Shown: positions 53,690 through 64,000 of the stretch, in pieces
Numbering within the stretch: position 1 is the stretch's first letter
How the letters are laid out: every line of letters starts with the position of its first letter
NCBI RefSeq assembly: GCF_006345805.1
Contig: NC_043001.1
Span: 109,492,001-109,556,000, forward strand
Reading direction: 5' to 3'
Length of the DNA: 64,000 bases
Source: Octopus sinensis
Taxonomy: Eukaryota
Position numbers and translations under genes: made by a program
The notes under the pieces: model-generated
Told to the model about the DNA's origin: nothing
Seen by the model: only the letters and a program-made list of their open reading frames with translations
The model's database searches: none

Positions 53690-54150
53690 AACATTTTCGA
53701 AAAAATGTTTATCAATGGCCAGCATATTAGAAAAATACCTTTAAAGGTTAAATTTCATAAACAACTTATAAACAAGGGCAAAAGTAAAAATTCTAATGCC
53801 AAATATGCCGAAATATAGACTTATTCGCCAATAACCATTGAATTTCTATTTTGGATGTATTTGGGGTGCTTAAGTGTACACATGACTTTGTGTTTACTTC
53901 TTCCATGGGTGCAAGTAAGTATCTTATTTATTTCCTTATCGTATTTATCACTGATGACGAGAAAATTCTAAATGAATTAACTCAGAAATTGGGACCGATC
54001 CGATAATAACGAAATTTTTTTAGAAATTTCTATCGGCTTGCTTTCGAGGCACGTGCTTATAGTGATAAATTATATGGTTATTGACGAATAAGTCTATATT
54101 TCGGCATATTTGGCATTAGAATTTTTTCTTTTGCCCTTGTTTGTAAGTTA
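53690..54150 (+). mobile_element. Penelope-like terminal remnant with 76-bp inverted arms around the hammerhead
   Basis: 53763-53838 is the near-perfect reverse complement of 54074-54149; flanked by (TA)n. Confidence 0.6.
53945..54006 (+). ncRNA. Type I hammerhead ribozyme motif, slightly decayed
   Basis: ttatca CTGATGA, stem II GAG/CTC plus AATTC/GAATT, GAAA, near-palindromic ttgggaccga, AUC, cgataa. Confidence 0.65.
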
Positions 54151-54317
54151 TATATATATATATATATATCAAAATGTGTTTTTGAAAATGCACTTAAATT
54201 TCAAAAGCTCGTAAATGATTAAAATGCATTTATTTACCTATATACCAAACTAGTTTTAACACTATTTTTTCTTTATCAATAGTAAAAGTGTAAAATTAGA
54301 AAAAAACATCGTTATAA

Positions 54318-54408
54318 GTTTCAATGTTGACAAATCAAAATGTTCCAATGTTGGCAAACCGAAATGTTTCAATGTTGTTAAATTAAACTGTTTCAATGTT
54401 GATAAAAT
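54318..54408. repeat. Four-copy 24-bp tandem repeat
   Basis: gtttcaatgttg recurs at 54318, 54342 (gttcc variant), 54366 and 54390. Confidence 0.85.
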
Positions 54409-55679
54409 ATCATGTTCAAAACAGGTGTAAGTTTGAAATTAAAACTGAATATTAATTTGTTAGAATGTACAAGATTAATTAATTTCAGTGGTGGTCGACA
54501 AGTCACACTGAAAAAAAAAAACAGTGTAAGAATTGAAGTAGTAGAAAAAGGGGGAAATTAAAGTTTCTCAGATCTTTAAACAGTCGCTTCCGATTGCAAG
54601 CGGAGGGGTATATTTCATCACGAACATGTGAATTTTGGAAGAGGGGCCTTCCAAGTCTACCAGATAGATGGAAGAGCATAGTAGAAAATTAAGAAGAGTA
54701 TATTTTATATTAAAGAAGTTTGTTTGTCTTAATTTTGAATAATAAAAGAAGTATAAAAAACCACATTATTGATTTGATGACCCAAATATATTCTGTCACT
54801 CAATATAGAGTATAATAACTCATCTGAAGCTGAGCCACTTATCAAAATATATTAAATAATTTAGAGTTGTAATAATATCTTGTGAAAGTGGAACATAAAT
54901 CGAACAATCTCTAATATAAAATGTGTGTTTTGTTAGTCTGAATTTTTTGTGTGTCTATCAATGGATAAATGATAGAGGCCAAGAAAGCGAGGGGCATAGA
55001 GAGGGATGTAGAAGAGAGAGAGAGAGAGATTTCAGAAAATTAAATAATGTAAGAATCTATAATTATCTTCTCTACTTGTTTATATTCTCTAACACTGAAT
55101 ATTTCTCACTGCAAGATTTAATACTTGTGTTTCCAAGCTGCATTTAATTTAGCTGGAAAAAAACCGGTTGCATATCACTCATATCAATATTGAACTATGT
55201 TTGTTTACTATTGCTAATTATTCCCGCAAATATTTTATCTTCATAAAAACACAGCATAATTAGATGAATATTATTTCAGAAAGACTCTAGTTTTATAATA
55301 ATTATAAATTCATTTTGTTATAGGATTAATACTGTTATTTTATAACATTGTTGACTGTTTTCCTATTTTGTATTGACAGTATTCATATTGTTGGATCTGC
55401 ATGAAATATCTTTTAGCATCATCTTTGGTGAATATAAATAGCCGATGGCTTCGTTGTTGATAAAAACTGACGAGTCAAACTTCACAGAAAAATCTTTGGC
55501 TTGATTTATACAATATGTTGGAAAATAATATTCGAAGAACAAACAAGGAAGAAAAATATACACGCATATAGAAATGGGAAAGAGAGAATAAAAATAATTT
55601 TAACACGGGCAAAAGTAGACAAAGAGAGCATGTATGGTAAGAAATGCAAAAGCTATATGAAGAAAATAGTATTTGTAAT

Positions 55680-56175
55680 TCATTTATCGACTCCGAAAGT
55701 ATGAAAGGCAAAGTCGACCTTGGCGGAATTTGAACTCAGAACGTAAAGACAGACAAAATATCTATTTCTTTACTACCCACAAAGGGCTAAACACAGAGAG
55801 GACAAACAAGGACAGACAAACGGATTAAGTTGATTACATCGACCCCAGTGCGTAACTGGTACTTATTTAATCAACCCTGAAAGGATGAAAGGCAAAGTCG
55901 ACCTCGGCGGAATTTGAACTCAGAACGTAACGGCAGACGAAATACCTATTTCTTTATTACCCACAAGGGGCTAAACACAGAGGGGACAAACAAGGACAGA
56001 CATAGGTATTAAGTCGATTACATCGACCCCAGGTACTTAACTGGTACTTAATTTATCGACCCCGAAAGGATGAAAGGCAAAGTCGACCTGGCGGAATTTG
56101 AACTCACAACGTAACGCTGACGAAATACCGCTAAGCATTTCGCCCGGCATGCTAAAGATTCTGCCAGCTCCCGCC
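55680..56175 (-). mobile_element. Family B SINE tandem multimer
   Basis: Three consecutive units with junctions at 55762/55763 and 55946/55947. Confidence 0.85.
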
Positions 56176-56641
56176 TTTTGCTTTAGAATAATAACATATA
56201 TTTAATATGCGTATAAAATCTACCGAAAGAATTTAGAAATCTTTCTCTCGTCTGAAACGAAGGGTGAATATACTACCCCATTCTGTGCTCCGCTCATTTC
56301 TTTCTCATGTTTCTTCTTACGCTTTCCCTCGCCATGTAAAATACCTTATGTATATATGTAAGAGTAATCCTTCTAACCACATTTATCGAATGTTATTTGT
56401 TATAACACATCGTCTCAAGTCAACAGACGCTATAAGAAAAGAAAAGGAAATTACACGCTGTGAACATAATCGAAAGCCCATAGCAATATCAGGATATTGA
56501 ACAGCACCTCTAGGCAGGAAATATGTCTGTATTGATCATGTAAATAAGTCAGGCGCTTTCGAATCAACTGGTAATCAGATATGCTTGCGCCCTAAGCTAC
56601 GAGCATGTTAAGAACTGCAAGTAAATCACATAATAGATATA

Positions 56642-56679
<38 letters not shown>

Positions 56680-56899
56680 TATATATATATACATGCATTT
56701 AAAGGTAATACGGGTAGATATTTTCTCTATGGATTCATAACCAAACTAGTGGTAATTCCATATATCGAATTTCTCTATAACACATTTCGGTCACCGGTTA
56801 CCCACATTTAAGGTCAACTTGTGCTTTGTGTGGATTTTGGACTGAAACTGAAAGAAGCGCGTCGTGTGCGTCTGTATATGTATGTGTATTATATATATA

Positions 56900-56954
<55 letters not shown>

Positions 56955-58086
56955 TGTATATGTATACATATATACCACATATATATATATATATTATAGA
57001 TATAGTTATGTATATGTATATATATATATATACATACATATATATATAATTATAATTAAGGGTTTAAATGCAACAATTGCTCAAAACCACATTACCGAAA
57101 ATATTAGAAATAGCAGCTGAAATTGGTCATTATTCCTCTACTAGTAAAAAGTTCCCACAAACAAACAGAATTTTGTAAGCTAGTAAAAAGTCTCACAAAC
57201 AAACATACATATATTATATATATATATATATATATGTATGTATATGTATATATATATATACATACATATATATATATAATATAATATATATATATATATA
57301 TGTATATTATATATATATAACCATACATATATATATTTATATATGTATGTATATGTATATATATATATACATACATATATATATATGTATGTAATGTATA
57401 TATATATACATATATATATATATACAAGTATATATATATACACAAGTATATATATATACGTATGTATGTGTATGTGTGTGTTACACTACTCTCTATTCTA
57501 CTAGATTAATTATCATTTCTGCGAATGAATGGGACAAATATGTAGGTTTCCAGTTTTGCCAATGTGTATATCGAATATTTTCGGTCTTTTTACGGACATT
57601 GACATACCGACTTTTGTGTTGTGGATGACTCGATTTCCATTCTGCTTTTAAACTTTACCAGATAATACTTTATGTGGAGCAGGTAATAGAGTGTAATGAC
57701 TTTTTAATATTATTTCGTGAATCTGATTTTCCTGTTAATATGTTATATTTCGACGCGTTGAAAGTCGAGATTGGTATGCTGTTTTCAAGGCATCATGGTG
57801 TATTCGCAAAATAAATATTCAATACTAAATCATGAATTATTTATTTAAACTTTATACCTGTGCAGAAATGTTTTGTAACAGAATATATTCCTTGCTATTT
57901 TCCGAGATATATATTCATGCGATCCGGAGTTTTCTAAGAATACAACATTTTGGTATGAATTAAACAGAGCAGAAAAATTTCGTATTACGAAGACGTTGTT
58001 GCTTATACGATATGGAAAAAAATAAAATTATGAAAATATGATACTTCCTTGAATACGAGGAACGGCTAAGTTCATGTTTACACACG

Positions 58087-58211
58087 TTTGGCCAAAATTC
58101 ACCAGACAGTAATTTATTTCTTTAATACCCACAAGGGGCCAACGAAGAATGGGACAATACATCATGATTTGGGGTCATGAGACTCAAATGGTATTTACAG
58201 AAAAAATGAAC

Positions 58212-58242
<31 letters not shown>

Positions 58243-59821
58243 CAAAAATCGGGTAAATCGAATGATACACAACAACAACACAACATAAAGAGAACACATG
58301 AAGTGGGAACACCAGGATTGCCGACCCCACGAGCCCTGCTATTCCCACCGAAACTCGGTAGCCAACCTACAGCATGTTTACGTGGCTCCTCTCACTCGCA
58401 GCAACCATTCCACACGCTTCCATATTTTATCGAACTCACACGCAGACAGACACCTCTTCTCCAACTCCACCTTTCTTTTTAGGTGGAACCTAAAATAGGT
58501 CACCAAGGCGGAGCCAGAGATCACGGTGCCTGTCGTTACCGCTTTCATTCTGGTCTTCCATATACACTCTTTCGCTACTGCTACTATACTGAGAAAGCAA
58601 TGCTTACCTTCACTTGTCAAAAAGCTAGGCGAGTCAATTTTTATAATTGTCTCAGCCGATAGCTGTACTTTCTTCCGTCTCCGTCCGACAACAGGTGTTC
58701 GGCATATACCCACACGTCCGAGACTTCCGGACACTGAACAATAGCGTGCGAGACTGTTTCCAGATCCCGCTCGCATCTTGGGCAGTTCGATGGTCCACTC
58801 CAACCATGCCTTGTGAGTTTATCCCGAACGGGTAAAGCTCCTCTGAACATTGCCAGGTCAAAGACTTCTGGAAGTTATCCAATGTCTTCGGCCCGAACGT
58901 CCTTCGGAACAGGCTGTCCAACTGATTTCCATCGAGGCCCAAGGTCCTTCCTAAGGCATCGTCATTTCCGGCCTCTACCAAACCTGCTATAGAAAGCTGC
59001 GGTGGTACCAAAGCCGCCGGCATTGCCCGACTTGCGGAAAGTGGCAGAGTGCCTTATGGCACCCGAATACCACATCTCAAAATGCAGATCTAAGTCTGCG
59101 ACGAAACCAGGTTTCTCTGCCACCGAAACTGACAAAGCTGGGGAACATCTGCTTCGCAAGCGGGGGACCACACCCGTTCACCATCCAGGTAGAGCCAAAG
59201 GTGCCTTAACCTCACTCGCGCATCTCGCGCATCATCAGCCAAGGCATCCCTAAGCCACCCTTTAACGGTTTCTGACAGCAGATAGAACGTCTTACAAGAG
59301 GAGCGCTTCCTTTCCACAAAAAGTGGAAGATCCGCCTCTCCAACTTGCTCAACCACGAATCCGGACAAGGGACGACGGTCAGGCGGTAGGTGATGACCGA
59401 TGCTAAAAACACATTGGCCACCTCCGCCCTCCCTTTCAAGGATAGCCACCGTCCGGACCAAGTCCCGACCGCGTGAGCCACCTTGCTCGTCACCTCAGAC
59501 CAGTTCTTTTCTATCTGGAGATCTGGACCAAACCAGATCCCTAGCAGCTTAACCGGGCCCTCCGTCCAGCATCCCACGATGCTATTCGAAGGCATCGGCT
59601 TGCCCCTCCATCACCAGACAGTAATTCAAAACGATTTAATTCCAAGACTTATTTATGTTTAACAACTGAATGAATTAAATAAAAGTATTTAAATATGAAA
59701 CATCATGAAAATTGTTGAAACTTAAGTCCTTCTTGAGTGACACACTTTTTCCCATTCGAGTCAATCCAGAATTACAGTATTGATGGAATTTTAATTTACT
59801 GTCGGGTGACTTTTGGCCAAA
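58087..59821. mobile_element. Tc1/mariner-type MITE (~240 bp) split by the Tx1 insertion in its left TIR
   Basis: Left TIR tttggccaaaattcaccagacagtaatt (58087-58114) matches the reverse complement of 59793-59821; body 59627-59821 resembles 6145-6311. Confidence 0.7.
58115..59610 (-). mobile_element. 5'-truncated Tx1/L1-clade LINE (RT C-terminus, zinc finger, 3' UTR), frameshifted
   Basis: KLLGIWFG...LSLKGRAEVANVFLAS...KGGLG motifs and C-x2-C-x8-H-x4-C (CPRCERDLETVSHAIVQC); stop at 58378-58380; 16-bp direct repeat tcaccagacagtaatt at 58099-58114 and 59611-59626. Confidence 0.9.
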
Positions 59822-60808
59822 TATGTTTAAGTAGGCGTGGTTATGTGTTGAGTCTGTTCAATTGCATATATACGACGGGCTTCTTTCAGTTTCCATCTAC
59901 GAAATCCATTCACAAGGCATCGGTCAGCCCGAGGCTATAGTAGAAGACACTCGACCAATGTGCCCCGCTGTGGGACTGAACTGGGAACCATGAGGCCAGG
60001 GTACAAGCTTCATACCGCACATTATTTCATTTATAAAAGTTAATAGTTGTAATAGTTTTGAGGCAAATAAAATTATACGTCTGTAAAAACCTATATATAT
60101 ATATATATATATATATGTAGTATGTATTTATGTATGTATGTATGTATTTGTATATAAGATGTTATATAATGTATATATATATGTATATACATATGTGTAT
60201 CTATATATATTATATATATATATGTGTATATATAAATATATATATATATGTATTTATATGTATATTTATACATATCTATGTACGTATATAGATATACATA
60301 TATATATATGTATATATATATACATATCTATCTATCTATATATATATATCTGGATGTATATGTATATATGTATATATATGTATATATATATATATATATA
60401 TTACAAATTTTGTTCTTGTCTATTGTACAAACACTATCCATATAAAGAGCTTTTTAAATAATTTCAAATTCCTAAATATGCTAAATGGCTGTGGAATATA
60501 TTTATTATCGCCACAGTTGAACGACTTTCACTTCAAACGTTTTGCTATGCTAAAGAAAGCACCACAATTTGAAAGTGAAGAGCTTGTTTGATAAAAATAA
60601 CGTATTAGAGAGGGATGGTAGTAAGGCAGCATATTATCAAAATTTAATTTTCCTCTAAAAGAGCAGAGTTTTTTATTTACTAAAACGCTAACTTCACTTA
60701 CGGGAACGGTTTACTGTAACTGTTTTGTGGGTATATTGGTGTATCGTTCATAAGAATAAGATGATGTCAGCAACTAAGACACCACCACCACCAACAACAA
60801 CGAAACTA

Positions 60809-61220
60809 CTGGAGGCGCAATGGCCCAGTGGTTAGGGCAGCGGAATCTCGGTCGGAGGATTGCAATTTCGATTCCCAGACCGGGCGTTGTGTGTGTTTAT
60901 TGAGCGAAAACACCTAAAGCTCCACGATGCTCCGCCATGGGGTGGTGGCGACCCCTGTTGTACTCTTTCGCTACAACTTTCTCTCACTCTTTCTTCCTGT
61001 TTCTTGTCCCCGACTTCCTACGCAACCGCTGAGCCTTGATGCGCATTCATCCATCCGTCGATGCTCTCGGTGTCGGGGGTTGACCTGCTTTCTCTTCTAC
61101 GGGTCTTACGAATAGCAAAGGACCACGTTTCGGACTTCTCCCAAACGATCAACTAACAAACAAGCAAAACAACAACAACAACAACTGCAACAACAACAAC
61201 AAAAATCAGCAACAATAAGC
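60809..61220 (+). mobile_element. SINE family C head with a distinct body and (AAC)n tail
   Basis: Head as in family C up to ...ttcctgtttct, then unrelated sequence ending in aacaacaac repeats. Confidence 0.75.
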
Positions 61221-61533
61221 AACGAGTAATCTTTGAATAATCTAAGGCCACATTTACTTCCCGCAAAATTAAAAAATAAATTGAAAACGCTCCCCAGAAT
61301 TGAATGCTATAGAATGAGAGCAGTGGAAATCTTAAGAAGCTAGATTGGCTACGAAAGTTCTAAAGCGCAGCCGATACTTTAACAAACTTTACTTTTTTGT
61401 ACCCTCAATAGTCTAGTATTCGCAGCACAGGTAATATTTCTACTACTTTCCATTCGATTCGTTTTCCCATATGCCAAACAAATGTCCTTAAAATAACCAC
61501 TCACCGTCTTTAAGACTGAAATGCACATATGTG

Positions 61534-62091
61534 TTGGTTTGTCCGGAAAGTTCGTGCCGATTTTTAACGGAAAGAAAGCGGTCAATAATTACTTGCCATT
61601 ACATTTTTAATCAACCAAATATGGACCATTTTGTTGCACAATGCGTCTCCATCTTTCCTTTAACTTGAAATTACCCTCTTCCCAGAACTGAGATGGTTTC
61701 ATGGCAAAGATTTCATCGAGGTATCTTTTTACGTCATCCAAGGAATTTAAATTTTTACCATTAAGACTATTCTGCAGAGACCTAAATAAGTGGAAATCCG
61801 AAGGAGCAATATCTGGTAAATATAAAGGGTGATATAACACATCCCATCCGAGATGCAGCAATTTTTGTCTGGTTCCCAAAGCATCAATTGCCGAAAATGA
61901 ACTTTCTTAGCTTCCAATTTTAATTTGGGTTACAGTTTTAACGCAGGTTATAGGAACATAAACCTTCTTCCACGAAAACTGTGCTCTAAATGGAAGTGTA
62001 GTCAAATTCTATTTCATGGACTCAACCATGTTCTAAAATAAGTCGAAAGGTAAGCTAGTATAAATCGGCAAGAACTTTCCGGACAACCCAA
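61534..62091 (-). mobile_element. Second copy of the internally deleted mariner
   Basis: Same TIRs, same deletion junction, same YLPDIAPSDFHLF...ERWRRIVQQNG C-terminal remnant. Confidence 0.92.
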
Positions 62092-62638
62092 TGTTGTGGT
62101 CTTCAATATATTATACACTGAATATATAGGATTTTCAAGGACGGAGTTTATTTAATCAGGTTTAATTTGGGATTCTAAACTACAGGAAACTGAGTTAAAT
62201 GCTGTGGGCAAGAACATTAGGTACGGTGAAAGAAAATGTGCCCACTGTGTGATATTGTGATATTCGAATGCCCCTTCTTCTAGACAGACTATGTATATCA
62301 CGTGGATGGATATATTTCCAGATTTTCTTTTTTGTGTGGAGATGATATTAGTCAGCGTATATAATTTTTGCTGATATTACACGAAGAAGCAGCGAACAAT
62401 AAAACGATTATGACAATACTAGAACAACAGAATAGAAAACAAGAATAAATATGAGATAACAACGTCATGTAAGAGCGAAAGGTTTTCCGAGATTATTTGA
62501 TTTATTTCTAAAATTTCATACTAAATCAGGATTAAAAGTTATCAATTATAATGAAAATCGGATTTCTATAATCTTGGAAATTTGCAATAATCTTTCGAAT
62601 GTTATAGAGCAACGAAACGAAGAGGAAAGGGAATAACT

Positions 62639-62676
<38 letters not shown>

Positions 62677-62801
62677 TATATATATCTATAATATATATAT
62701 ATATATGTATGTATGTATATGTGTGTGTATGTTATATATATCTGTATATATAGAGAGAGAGAGATTATATGTATACATACATACATAAATACATACATAC
62801 A

Positions 62802-62850
<49 letters not shown>

Positions 62851-63403
62851 TATATTATATGCATGCCTACGTACAAATAAACATATATCAGAGTGTACGT
62901 GCAAATGTGTGTGTGTGTATGTGTGAGCGGTGATCAACTTTGGTTTTCATAAAACGCCAAACATTAATATTTACATTTCAAATTAGCAAACGCAATTTAG
63001 AGTATAAATTACATTTGTTGACACAAAAAGATAAAAATAATCACCCCACCCCATAAAAAAAACAAACAGCAACCAACTGTATTTACTTATCTTCTTACAG
63101 TGAAAGTGAAAATGTATTTTAATATAAGAAGGAGAAAACAAAAAAAATCCCAAAAGTGGGTGGGGGTGCATAGAATTTGTACATGTCGAATTTAGGAATT
63201 TCGTTATTCACACACATATATACATACCTCTCACAAGTGTATATTTAAATATGTGTATATACATATATGTATGCATACGCACAAACATACTCACACAAAC
63301 ACAAAACGCACATATTCATAACACACACACTCAAACACACATATATGCTTGTATGTGTATGTGTGAGTATGTTTGTGTGTATTTGTGCGAGTATAAATAA
63401 GAT

Positions 63404-63663
63404 CATTGGTTCTTAACCGGAGTCCACATGACTCTTTAGTGTGCATATCACATATTTTTGATAAAATCTCTGTGAAATAAATTCGTCATACTTCTGCAAT
63501 ACAGAAAATATTTTAACGATTTTTTTATAGACTTCCTAATACTATTTGAATTCTAAGAATCTAATAGGATTTTTGAAACACTGAACGGCTATGCGGTTCC
63601 ACTTGAGTAAAACAGAAGGGAAATAGTTCAGTAGGTAAACAAAAAAATGTGTCAGGACCACTG
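63404..63663. mobile_element. Degenerate hAT-type MITE
   Basis: Termini cattggttcttaacc / (rc) cagtggtcctgacac; flanks aataagat / acttagat (6 of 8). Confidence 0.5.
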
Positions 63664-63831
63664 ACTTAGATGATCAAAACAACAGTAGGCAATAAATTTA
63701 CCAGAGTAGTATATATATATATAATATATATATATCTATAATTTTAATCCAAACGGGAAACAAAAAAAACAACAACAATGGAACAATTACAGTATGATTA
63801 TTAATAGGCGCTCAGGAAAGGAAGCAGGGAG

Positions 63832-63865
63832 GTAGACGTTTCGAGCGGAGCTCTTCGTCGGAAAC
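63832..63865 (-). ncRNA. Second copy of the CCGACGA minimal hammerhead-like motif (GUC site, decayed stem I)
   Basis: Core and stem II identical to 19975-20009; surrounding ~130 nt homologous to 19880-20030. Confidence 0.5.
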
Positions 63866-64000
63866 ATAAAGAAGAAGAGAGAGGAAAGAAAGATCCCAGA
63901 GCGGGCAACAGGGAAAGAGAAAAAAGACGACTGGTGTTACGAGTTGCACATGGTGAAAGGCGGATGTTTACGAAAACAGAGCAAAGTGGGTTTTTAAAGG

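Noticed and set aside
58212-58234. A23 run as the 3' end of the Tx1 element
   Set aside because: The TSD and the restored host MITE place the boundary ~97 nt further on, at 58115.

Overview
AT-rich eukaryotic genomic DNA, very dense in microsatellites and retroposons. The repeat repertoire suggests a coleoid cephalopod, probably Octopus; this is inferred from the tRNA-headed SINE families, not from a database match. Only one convincing protein-coding region is present: a single 2.9-kb terminal exon (32763-35641, +) encoding an unnamed membrane protein with a signal peptide, a Cys-rich glycosylated ectodomain, about 10 TM segments and a C-terminal PPxY motif. The GTG start in the ORF track is really a splice acceptor. 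About 320 nt upstream, a ~60-bp-stem hairpin holds in its loop a candidate 7-nt microexon in the correct phase. The rest of the window is mobile-element debris: SINE families, RTE, Tx1 and R4/Dong LINE fragments, Penelope-like remnants carrying several different hammerhead ribozyme motifs, and mariner, hAT, Helitron and Helentron non-autonomous elements, several nested with readable target-site duplications. Two SINE/LINE shared-3'-tail relationships can be read within the window. Almost all other ORFs in the track are microsatellite or SINE artefacts. Family labels A-E are my own working names.
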